NCBI GenBank assembly: GCA_963807355.1 | Contig: CAWEBX010000023.1 | Location: forward strand, 16,719 to 80,718 | Source of the DNA: an uncultured archaeon | GTDB lineage: Bacteria; Pseudomonadota; Alphaproteobacteria; Rhizobiales; Xanthobacteraceae | Length of the DNA: 64,000 bases | Direction of reading: 5' to 3' | In this document: positions 1 to 9,254 of the stretch, piece by piece | Layout of the letters: every line of letters starts with the position of its first letter | Numbering within the stretch: the stretch's first letter is position 1 | Notes under the pieces: generated by a model | What the model was told of the DNA's origin: nothing | What the model saw: the letters and a program-made list of their open reading frames with translations, nothing else | The model's database searches: none | Made by a program: the position numbers and the translations under genes

Positions 1-1011
1 GCCAAGCTGATGGGAAGCCCAAGACATGGCGCGCCATCCAGTACGGCAACCATCTAATCGGCGACGACCCGGATCTTCGCGCATGTTCAGTTGCGATTAG
101 GGCGCGTACTCACCATGCCTGCCCGTCGCCGGCGACCTTTGGCGCCTTGCAGGGGGTACCCCGCCTGGTGCGGGCATTGCATCTCGGGGTGGCACTGGAA
201 ATCGGGTGTGCAGGCCCCCGCCAACGTCGCTCCTGCTACGAAGGCAGCGTTCGCCCTGCCGCGGGGTGGGGCCAACTCTGGATGTTGTAGCCGCAGACGT
301 TGGTAGCCTCGCCGTTGGACGAATAGGTCGCAGCCGCATACCCCTGCTTCTCGCAACCATCGGCATCCTCACTTGCTGTGCGGGGAGGTGGGCTAAACAT
401 ATCATGACCTCTGCACCGCTGAAGAGAAGGGCCAGCTTGATCCATCATGCCGGCGGTCGCATCGGCTATCGGACTCTGGCTCGATCTCGACCGACGACGC
501 CATGATCATCCTCCGCGGGCTGCTGCTCGATCGACGGCGGATTTGTTTGGTACATAGCCACCTGGCACCATCATGATGGTCTTCTTCCGGTTACCACCAC
601 CGCAGCATCAGCCCGCTCGCCGTCCGCACCAGATACGGCTCGTCGCGGATCCTAACCGGCCACGACCGATCCACTCGAACAGGTCGAGTTCCGCTAACGC
701 GGCTTCGAGCCTCCCGCGGGGGTCTGGAACCTTGACCGGGTCAATCCAGGCCAACCGCACCGCGGAGCGCTTTCCTTCGGAACGGTATCTGACGCCAAAT
801 TGGGGACATCCTCTTATAGAGGACTATTATAAGTGGATGTCCCCAATTTGACCCCCTGCGGGGTCTCTACCAGCTTCAGCTTCACCCGCGAACCAGAGCC
901 CAGCATGCGCAACAGCGGCGCCAGTTCTGGTATCAACGGGGCGAGCTTGTCCGATGATGGCGTCATCGGCGCGCCGACTGCGGCGCTAACCGGCACCGCA
1001 ATTCGTCCGGC

Positions 1012-1476
1012 TTAAGGTCTGCGTTTGCGGTAACTTGCAGGGCGGCAACTGCTGGGGGGCGGCGAGGACACAAGGTCGGCCGCTATCACGTCGCCACCAA
1101 GCGGGCCGACGATGGCCTGTACACGATCGAAGAAGGCAAACGCATCGCGGTCCGTGATCGCCCTGACCGTGACCGTGGTGTCCAGCTTGGTGCCGTCGTG
1201 CCAATCCCACTTGAGAACCTCGAAGTCGTAGTCGATCTCGAGCAGTTTCTGGATGAGCTGGACAGTGGGCCGTCCGTTGAGAGAAAGATGATCTCGGCGG
1301 ACATTCGTTGAAGCATGTTGCATCCTCACGATGTTGGTTGCCGGCTGCCGGCCGGACGCGGTTACAAGCTCGTTGTGCTCAACTGGGCGAGTCGAACACG
1401 GTGCTGTTGGTGCGGGAAGCGCTGGAAGAACAGGAGATCGGCCTGCGTCGCGGTCAGCGTCGTCCTGCTTCTGCAT
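1012..1476 (-). CDS. hypothetical protein of the integrative element
   Basis: 154-aa ORF whose start overlaps the stop of the AlpA-like gene; no recognisable motif. Confidence 0.4.
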   Translation of the reverse strand: MQKQDDADRDAGRSPVLPALPAPTAPCSTRPVEHNELVTASGRQPATNIVRMQHASTNVRRDHLSLNGRPTVQLIQKLLEIDYDFEVLKWDWHDGTKLDTTVTVRAITDRDAFAFFDRVQAIVGPLGGDVIAADLVSSPPPSSCRPASYRKRRP

Positions 1477-1859
1477 CAGCCAGCGCTTAACTCGGGTAGC
1501 CGAAGCGTGCTCATTGTGCCGCTGTCCGCGGCTTGTCGTTGCGCTTGAGGCTCGCGCGTGTTCCCCTGTGCACTCAGATGAGCGTGACGCTTCGCGTGTC
1601 CTTCAGCCGTTGGCGCATCGATGAGTTTGCAGGCGTTGCGGCGTTCCTGTTCGGCGTCACGCTTGGCGACAAACCCCAGTAGCCATTCGATTACTTCGCT
1701 CCTGAGAAACAGCGCGACCTTTGGGCCCGTTTTTATAGGAAGCGGGAAACCCAGGTTTCTCTGCTTGTCATGCAGGTCGCTGCGCGAGCTGACGATCTTA
1801 AGTTTTTGGAGATCGCCATAACGCAAGAAGCCCTCGGCGATATCGTCTGCGGTCGCCAT
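1476..1859 (-). CDS. AlpA-family HTH regulator / excisionase-like protein
   Basis: N-terminus FLRYGDLQKLKIVSSRSDLHDKQRNLGFPLPIKTGPKVALFLRSEVIEWL matches the AlpA pattern (GFPxPIKxG...F..SEV.EW); two genes from an integrase. Confidence 0.75.
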   Translation of the reverse strand: MATADDIAEGFLRYGDLQKLKIVSSRSDLHDKQRNLGFPLPIKTGPKVALFLRSEVIEWLLGFVAKRDAEQERRNACKLIDAPTAEGHAKRHAHLSAQGNTREPQAQRQAADSGTMSTLRLPELSAG

Positions 1860-1937
1860 GTAATCGTTGTCCCATGCCTGTTCGGGCGCATTCGGAAACG
1901 ATCAAGAGCTACCTGCAAAAAACCCAACGCATTAGTC

Positions 1938-1993
1938 TGTGTGTGAAGAAATTTTTCGCACACACTGTGTGAAAAAGGCTTCAATTTCACACA
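1938..1993. promoter_or_regulatory. two tandem palindromes (operator-like) upstream of the alpA-like gene
   Basis: TGTGTGTGAA-N7-TTCGCACACA followed by TGTGTGAAA-N10-TTTCACACA. Confidence 0.5.
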
Positions 1994-1996
1994 CTA

Positions 1997-2380
1997 TCAG
2001 CGCGGCTTGCTTGGCGGAGGCTTGGCAGACCCAGACTTGGGTGACCGAGGCTTGCGTGGCCGAGTTTTTTTACGAACGACCAACGCGTACCGAATGGCCT
2101 CCTCGTCCTCTCCGGAATTGCTCGCTACGATCTGTGCGGCCCTACGCTGGCGCATTCCGAAGAAATCCGTAAGAATACGAGCATGCAAGGTCGATTCCTT
2201 TAGCCGCCCCCCTCGAGGCCTTGGGGTCACGTATAGCAACACAGCCACCATGTAATCGACAGCTTCCGCTGGAATGCGTACCGTCTGTCCGCCATAATCA
2301 AACTCTGGCTCGAGAAGTCTCGTCGGTTCGGCGCCGTGTTCCAAAAGTAACGTGGCAAGCGTCAACGCTTTGCCTTTCAC
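1997..2380 (-). CDS. hypothetical protein, possible DNA-binding HTH
   Basis: 127-aa ORF between integrase and alpA; GMRQRRAAQIVASNSGEDEEAIRYAL is HTH-like, basic tail. Confidence 0.5.
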   Translation of the reverse strand: MKGKALTLATLLLEHGAEPTRLLEPEFDYGGQTVRIPAEAVDYMVAVLLYVTPRPRGGRLKESTLHARILTDFFGMRQRRAAQIVASNSGEDEEAIRYALVVRKKTRPRKPRSPKSGSAKPPPSKPR

Positions 2381-2428
2381 CCATTTTCCCTTCTCGCGGA
2401 GTTTCAGTTCTCAGATCTTTGCGGTTTT

Positions 2429-3579
2429 TCATGCGATCACCCGCATCGGTTTGACGATCCGCGCGAGCGCAGCGGCCCACATCGCCAGCGCTTCGGCTTT
2501 TTGCTTCTCAAGTTCGGACCGCAGGTAGACGCCTCCAACACCCGGCACCGCGTGATTGAGGATCGACTGCACCACCTCGTTGCGGATGCCCAGTTCCTGC
2601 ATGTTGGTGGCCGCGGTGCGGCGCAGGTCATGCAGCCGCCAGTCCGAGACACCGGACGCCTTGTCGAGTTCGGCCTTCAGTTTCGAGAAGCCGGACAGCT
2701 TGCCGCTGCGACCGGCGAAAACGTAATCCTGCGCCCCACCCTCACCCACCAGGGACTTCGCGAGTGGCGGTAGCGTGAGGCTGTGCGGCCGATCTGATTT
2801 GTTGGTGGCCTGTCGCCATGTGCCATCGAGGATATCGCCAAAGCGAAGCGAGGCCGCCTCGTCGCGGCGCTGCGCTGTCACCAGCAGAAAACTCACCAAG
2901 CGGCCGAAGTTCTTTGCCGCTTCGCGACTGCCGAGATCGTCGCAGGCCTTCCAGATCGTGGCGATTTCCTTTTTGGTCAGCACTCGGCTGCGCTTTTCCT
3001 CCGGCGCGCGGCGGATGGCCGGTACAAAATTGACCGGGATCAGGTCCTCCTCTGACGCCCATCTCAGCACGGGCCCGAGGTAGCCGAGCATTCGGTTGGC
3101 GGCGATGACGTTGTCGGCCTCGATCATGGCGTCACGCGCGGCCCGTAGGTCCGCCTTGCCAAACTGGTCGGCAGGCAGCGACAGACAGGGTTTCAGATTT
3201 CGCCGGAGCGACCTCATCGCTTCGGGAAGCGATTTGGTCCGCTGGCCTTCCCTGGTTCGTATCGCCTCGTAGCGGTCGAACAGCGCGCTGAGCGTGAGTG
3301 CTGACGATCCGCGTGGGTGTGGTACCGATACTTCGATTGGCACGCCCTTTTCTGCCCGACCAATCAGCTTGCGTCCGGCCTCGCGGGCATCCGCCAATTC
3401 CATTGCCGGGAAATGGCCGAGCGGTTTGCGGTGGTAGGAGCCGCCGGCGTGATAGCGGAATTGCCAAGTGCGGCGCTTAGTGCCGACACGTAGGATCAGG
3501 CCTGGCAGCAGGCGTCGTACCATTCGCGGGTGCCGAAGTGGGGATCAGAAGAGCGGTGAGTTTCTTGCGGGCACGTCAT
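2429..3579 (-). CDS. tyrosine recombinase/integrase with N-terminal arm-binding domain (5' end frameshifted)
   Basis: ORF 2429-3523 has LLVTAQRRDE, HDLRRT, ILNH and a catalytic-type Y (GVYLR); ARKKLTALLIP and EWYDA lie upstream in shifted frames. Confidence 0.93.
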
Positions 3580-3715
3580 GGGTCCGATATTTGGGTGCAA
3601 ATTGGGTGCAACCATCGGATCATACGCCCGAACACACTCGAATGCCACCGAAGAGAAACAATCTGTTTGTGACAGGTTAGGAAGTCTAAGCCCTTGATTA
3701 GAAAGGACATGCCAC

Positions 3716-3765
3716 TGACTTTTAATCATGGGGTCGATGGTTCAAAGTCCCCTCCGCGCTCACCA
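3716..3765 (+). mobile_element. att site: degenerate 3' part of tRNA-Lys(UUU)
   Basis: TGACTTTTAATCATGGGGTCGATGGTTCAAAGTCCCCTCCGCGCTCACCA gives anticodon arm TTT, T-arm and CCA with no 5' half; directly upstream of the integrase. Confidence 0.85.
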
Positions 3766-4255
3766 AAATTACCTATAAAATCAAGCTGATGCAGGATCGA
3801 GCAGGTGACTGCCGATATTGTCGAGACTCTGGGGTAACGTTCGGGGTAACAGAAAACATGATCGGCGTTACCCGGCGTCGAGCGGCGCGACCTCGGCCCG
3901 CCCTCCTCCACCAGCCATTGGTTTGTCCGTTGCGTGAAGGGACGCCGGGTGTTTTGTCTACCTCTCCGGGCGAGGTTCGGCGGGCTGCCGAGACCAAGCC
4001 GCGAAGAGGAACGCGATTTATGGGTGAGGCATCAAAGCCAACAGCGGAGTGAGAGCGAACGCAGCCGTTGCGGGAGGCGTGGGACGAGTTGCACGAGGCA
4101 TTTCTTACCGTGGTGCTTCAAGTGGCCGTTGAGGCTGGAGCGCAGGCGGCTGGCGCGCAAGCGGTGCAGGCATTGACTGAATGCACGCGGCGGCTGCGTG
4201 ACATTGCTGCAGATGGCGTTGAGGGTCATGAGGACGATGAAGAAGCGGAATCGCC

Positions 4256-4502
4256 ATGACCAACATCCTGCTCACCCTGCTGACGCTCGCGCTGATGACC
4301 AGCGCGGCCTCGGCGCAACAGCGCACGTTTTACGATTTACGCGGCAATGTCGTCGGCCGCTCCGCAACCGACAGCGGCGGCGCGGTCACCAATTACGACA
4401 GCCGTGGCCGGGTCATCAGCCGCGAGACGACCAGCGGTAAGACAGACGACGATCTATGACTCGCGCGGTCGCAACGTTGGCAGGGTCACGACGGGCCGCT
4501 AA
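4256..4502 (+). CDS. small secreted protein with YDxxG repeats (frameshift near 3' end)
   Basis: signal peptide ending ASA-QQ; FYDLRGNVVG, NYDSRGRVIS, and a third IYDSRGRNVG in a shifted frame. Confidence 0.6.
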
Positions 4503-4575
4503 TGCCTACGGTGCTGCGTCGTCCCACTGGCTTCGTCGAACCGTGCCGCCCTCCAAGGTTGCCATGGTGACCCCT
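4502..4575 (+). pseudogene. N-terminal stub of an ATP-dependent DNA ligase
   Basis: MPTVLRRPTGFVEPCRP resembles the GFIEPCxP start of rhizobial ligases; truncated. Confidence 0.45.
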
Positions 4576-4576
4576 T

Positions 4577-4807
4577 TTAGGAGCAATTCTTCAAAGGTTT
4601 TTTCATAAGTCGTAGATCGATTCCCGCTCGTGGACGAGCGAGCCGACACGCTCGGATCGAGACACTCGAGTCCTGGCAGTCGGTCGTGGAGCGCCTGGCA
4701 GCGCGTCCGGACGAATCGTAGTAGGTTGAATCATAGTAGGGCCGCGATTGCGCGAGCGCTTGAGACGCGACCAGCGTGAAGGCGAGGGCGAGTAAGGTCC
4801 GCTTCAT
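4577..4807 (-). pseudogene. truncated paralogue of the YDxxG secreted protein
   Basis: signal peptide ALA-QS then YYDSTYYDSSGRAARRSTTD; rest looks unrelated. Confidence 0.5.
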
Positions 4808-4808
4808 T

Positions 4809-5402
4809 TTACTTCCCGATGTTGTTGAGGCCTAGCCCGTTCCATGCCTGAAGCGCGTCAAGCCGGTTTTGCGGGCTTGTCGTCTGCTCAGTCAACGCCT
4901 TCGCAATCTTGGTCTTCACCCCGGCAGGCACCAGCGTCTTCAGTTTCATGAGCCACTTATCCGCCTCTGCCTGCAAGGTCTTATTCTTCTTCTTAAGCGC
5001 ATCGATTCGGCGAGCCGCCTCGCTATCGGGATCGAGCGGCGGCACCTTGACGGGCTTAACGATCTTCGCCTTCAGCTTCTCGATCTCGTCGCTACGCCAC
5101 AAAATCTCGGTTCGAGCGATGCGTAGTTCCTGCGTCAGCCGCTTGATCTCGGCTTTCGCGTCGTCCAGCGCCTGCGACGCCTCTGCTGCCTCAATAGCTG
5201 ACCGCTGATACGTTTGCGTGGCGAGTTGCCGCTCGAGATGCCAGATCTCCGCGCGCGCCTTGGCGAGGCGCGTTCGGTCCGCACAACTCGTCACTTTAAT
5301 GGCGTCGCGATTGGGCGGATTGGCTTGGCGAAGACGCTCGCGGCGTTTCCGCTGGCGCTCTGCATCCGTCATCGCCTGATCGCCGATAGGATGGCGGGGC
5401 AT
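4809..5402 (-). CDS. phage-like coiled-coil hypothetical protein
   Basis: 197-aa ORF starting PIGDQAMTDAERQRKRRER with long heptad-rich helices. Confidence 0.65.
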   Translation of the reverse strand: MPRHPIGDQAMTDAERQRKRRERLRQANPPNRDAIKVTSCADRTRLAKARAEIWHLERQLATQTYQRSAIEAAEASQALDDAKAEIKRLTQELRIARTEILWRSDEIEKLKAKIVKPVKVPPLDPDSEAARRIDALKKKNKTLQAEADKWLMKLKTLVPAGVKTKIAKALTEQTTSPQNRLDALQAWNGLGLNNIGK

Positions 5403-5943
5403 TCGGGGCTCCCTTATTTCGTGACGGACATTAAGTCACGAAATAGAAGCCGTTGGAAGCCCGGCGAGGCCACTAAAAAAAGACCCGTGAACGACTCAGG
5501 GGCCTTTCTGAGGATTCACACACAAAAGGCGGGCAGCTGATGAAGACGGCCCGGCGCTGAGTTTATCACAGGGAATTCCATAATCTTCGGGCTCACCCAA
5601 GGCCCAAACGGCACCACGGGTAGGTCATTTTCGCTAAATTCCCCGTTGACGGAGATTTTCAAGTCGAACACGTCGCTTCCTGAATCAAATCGCTCGTTAA
5701 CGCCCCGCCAGGGGGAATTTAGCCTAGGCGTTGCGCCTTCTTTGGTGCCGGTCCGGCCCCGACGGGGTGTGACGGAGTGAGGGAGGTTGGGAAAACGCGC
5801 GCTAGTTTACACAAAGATTTGATTAAGAGTGATTTACTCACTAACCGGAGTTGACTTTATGTTCAAAGTACGAAGTTTTCTAAGGTGACATTCAACTTCC
5901 GGACCGGGAGATCGCTAAGGGTCTCCCAAGAGGCGGTGTTCGA

Positions 5944-6306
5944 ATGGATATCGCTCTTGCTTTAATGGCCGCCAGCGCGCTGATCGGCGCAAGCGTAGGC
6001 TTGCGTTTGAAAGTCTTCGTCCTTGCGCCCATCGCAATACTGATTGCTCTCGTCGCGGCGGTCGTTCTCCGCATGCACGGTTTCGAAGCGTCGAGTGGCA
6101 TCCTCATAATTGTCGCATGTCTGGTCCTGAACCAAGCTGCCTATATACTGGTACAAATTTTTGGCCTCGGCCCATGCGCTTCTTATCTATCTTTGGACGA
6201 TGTTTGCGACGGCAACCCAAGCCCCGGCCGCCAGCAGGATATCCATGGCGATTACGGCAAGCAGACGCCACAGCCACCGAGGCCCCCTTTTCCGCAGGAG
6301 CATTAG
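5944..6306 (+). CDS. small membrane protein
   Basis: three hydrophobic segments in the first 75 aa. Confidence 0.5.
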   Translation: MDIALALMAASALIGASVGLRLKVFVLAPIAILIALVAAVVLRMHGFEASSGILIIVACLVLNQAAYILVQIFGLGPCASYLSLDDVCDGNPSPGRQQDIHGDYGKQTPQPPRPPFPQEH

Positions 6307-6639
6307 CCGCTTGAGGCGACCGATTCCTTGCTCCCTCCTGTACCACTTTCGTTCGAAAGACAGGTATGTTGGGTGTTCCTGAGAAACCGGTGTTTGTGTC
6401 ATTAAAAGCACTTTGCGTTGGGACTTCGTTTCAGTGATGGAACGTCAAAACCGCCCCGAGTTGAAAACTCGCCTGTTAATCATTTTATGACGCTATTGTG
6501 CCAAATTTAAACCGATCCTGCTATCAACCGAGGGTATTAAGTTTACTATACGCCTGCAACTCCCGCGAGATGATCATCTGGTAGCGTTGCTGCAGGCTGA
6601 GCTGCGCCTCGGCCCGTTCCAGATATTGATGCTCATTGC

Positions 6640-7106
6640 CGCAACCTGCTCGCCCATGGCGTCTCGTCGACATGCTCGTCCTTGAGCCGGGCTCGATCCG
6701 CCACGCGGGGATCGGACAGGCGTTGCTGGCTGGTCAGGCGCATCCTGATCATCAAGCTCGTCGTGGCCCGTCCCTCGCGGTCGTCGCATCCGAATCAACT
6801 TCTCGATCCGGTCGAGTTGGTCGTCATCGGTTGCGGTCGAGCAACCCGGCTCGCACTTCCTGCAAAGCGGCACCAAGCCAGCGCGCTTGAACGATGTGGC
6901 GGCACAATTGCGCCAGCATTCCCCACGTCTCCGGAGGAAACCAGTCCGGCGGCATCCGGGTCGTGAATTTGACCCACTCGATCCTCTCCTCGGCGTTCAG
7001 CTCGTCCAATACCGCCGGTTGTATTCCGGGAATTGTCGCGGCGGAACTTCAGGTTCCAATACGCGCGCAGGTTGTGCTTCTGAGGGGTGTTTTGATACCT
7101 TGGCAT
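6640..7106 (-). pseudogene. phage terminase small subunit-like (frameshifted)
   Basis: ELNAEERIEW...MPPDWFPPETWGMLAQLCRHIVQAR, then DDDQLDRIEKLIRM and a C-terminal TPW; typical of alphaproteobacterial TerS-like proteins. Confidence 0.6.
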
Positions 7107-7856
7107 TTGGAATAACCCCACTGTTTGACCCCTAGTCGTAGAATGATTTGCTTTTATACCGGCAGCGCCGCCGCGCGGGAACTTTAGTTCCATTTCAAAA
7201 TCCGCGATCCCCCTGCCCGGCTGAAATACCGCTATCCCCTCAATGACTTACAGCCGTCTTCCGATAATACCTCCAGCTAAGTGATTATGCCTCGCTTTCG
7301 GTCGCGCCAAATAGATCAATCCCATCAATGGCTTATCTGGCACGAAACGGCCTAGAATATCCTTCTCTGGCCACGGAACTTGGATCGAATTTGGTTGTAT
7401 CGCCAAACTCATCTTTTGCTCGCATACTAGAGGTTGTATCGACCTCGAACAAGGCGGCGGAGCAGGTACGCCGCGGTCGGGTGGGTTCATCTCGGCGTAG
7501 AACCGGGACAGCTCGGCGCAATCGGCTTTCAGGTCGGCGACGGTCGCGTGCCGCGTAAGGATTCGCGCCTTCGTTGCTCAGGCGGTCGTCAGCCATGGCG
7601 CGCCCTCAACGGGCTCGGCAGGTCAATAATCTGGGCGTCCTTCGTCCGGCTGCCCTGCGGCGGCGCGGCGTTACTGATCTTCGGCGTGCAGCTCGGCAAG
7701 TTCGGCGCGCTTGGTGGCGATCCTCGCGTCAACCTGCAACTCGTTGATCTGCTGCTCGAATCTTCTCAACGACTTTGCCGAGCTGTTGCCCAACGCCAGA
7801 CGCGCAGTCGGTGCGCGACATGGGATTTAACCTGAGTTCCCGACGAGCTGACGACG

Positions 7857-8441
7857 GTGAGAACAGCGATGGCCATCCATGCCTCGTCGAGACAGCCGAA
7901 GCTGACGTGGACCGGCTGGAAACAGATCGCACTGGCGCTCTACATCGGTGCCAAGCACGCCAAGAAGGCCAGCGGCGGCAAGACCGCAACGCCACTCTAT
8001 ATTCGCGCCACCAACGAATTCCTAAAAAAGAGCGGGTTCGCTTTCCTCAACAACAACGACCGCGCCGCCGTCGTTCGCCTGCTGCCGTACTGGGACGAGA
8101 TCGATGACTGGCGCAGCTCCCTGAAGCCGCACGAGCGACAGCGCCTGAACAATCCGCGCGAAGTTTGGGACACCTATGTCGAGCACCGCCGTAAGCTGGG
8201 CGACCCCGACGTGGCGAACCGCACGCCATTGCGGAGCGGCAAGCGCCGGGAAGCGGTCACGCTGTTGGAGCAGTACACGGCGCTGCAGGAATTGGTGCAG
8301 ACGCTGGAGGGGCAACGCGACCTAGCCGAACACAGGGCAGAGTATTTCGCCGCGATGGCCGACATTATCGCCAAAAAGGCCAAGCTGAGCGATGACGAAA
8401 TATCGGAGATCAGGGCCAAGTTGCGGGCCGAAGTGGCGTGA
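7857..8441 (+). CDS. prophage-type hypothetical protein
   Basis: 194-aa ORF with ordinary protein composition and C-terminal coiled coil. Confidence 0.6.
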   Translation: MRTAMAIHASSRQPKLTWTGWKQIALALYIGAKHAKKASGGKTATPLYIRATNEFLKKSGFAFLNNNDRAAVVRLLPYWDEIDDWRSSLKPHERQRLNNPREVWDTYVEHRRKLGDPDVANRTPLRSGKRREAVTLLEQYTALQELVQTLEGQRDLAEHRAEYFAAMADIIAKKAKLSDDEISEIRAKLRAEVA

Positions 8442-8747
8442 TCGGACTGCTGGCCTATTTGCCGAGCGTTGCCAAGCCATTGTAAACCCCGCCGGAGCCG
8501 GTTGAACTCAGTAGTAGATGCGGACCCTTCCCCAGCACGGCCTCGACTACGCGCGGGTAGCGATCCGTCCAGTCGTGGCCATTGCGGGTGAATAGCCGCA
8601 CCCGTTTGCCCTCGCGATAGACGATCAGTCGGTAGCCGTCCTGCTTGACCTCGTGGAGTCAGCGACTCAGGCCGAGTCCGGGACTTCGGTGCGCAGGACA
8701 GCATCGTGGAGCTTCTCTAGGCAGGCTAGCTCTAACCGGATCGGCAT

Positions 8748-9011
8748 GCTTCGAATCCACACCTCGCGGAAGGGGCGACAAACACTGTCAGAGCCCGATA
8801 CGTTTCAATCCTCCCCACAAAGAGGCCACCATGAATGCAGTGGACCCTCGTGACGCATTGCGATGTTGGAGATGCTCAAGAGCACAGTCGCCTCCTTCGC
8901 TGGGAGTAGATTGAAACTTTGATTTGGAACTGACCAAGTGGAAGCGTCGCCCCGTTCGAAAGGGCGGGATGGAAACCTAGATGACGTTTCAATAGCCCGC
9001 GAAGGGGCGAA
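8748..9011. CRISPR. degenerate type I-C-like repeats, five copies in mixed orientation
   Basis: reverse copies at 8748-8779, 8802-8829 and 8986-9011; forward copies at 8887-8917 (GTCGCCTCCTTCGCTGGGAGTAGATTGAAAC) and 8946-8976; all resemble GTCGCCCCC..GCGGGGGCGTGGATTGAAAC. Confidence 0.7.
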
Positions 9012-9254
9012 GATCAGCTTTCTGCATTCTCTCGGAGGGATCGAGGTTCCGTCCATGTGGCTGTCTTGGAAGGCGCGGGTTTTGGCTCATTACGCGGATA
9101 TTAGATGACGAGCGGTACCAGCAATGCCGCCGCGGCAACGATGATCACGACGGCAAGATCGGTGAACCGGGCTCTCTTCCGGCAATGACTTTGAAGTGGC
9201 TGTGGGCCATCGCTATGATGATGCGATCTCATTCCCGCGCACGCGAGCGCGGGA

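Noticed and set aside
3690-3765. Complete tRNA-Lys gene
   Set aside because: No 5' acceptor strand or D-arm and the T-arm is degenerate; only an att fragment.
6994-7007. GCGTTCAGCTCGTC shared between the terS-like gene and the spacer end at 10213-10226
   Set aside because: Only 11 nt fall within the spacer; compatible with chance in GC-rich DNA.
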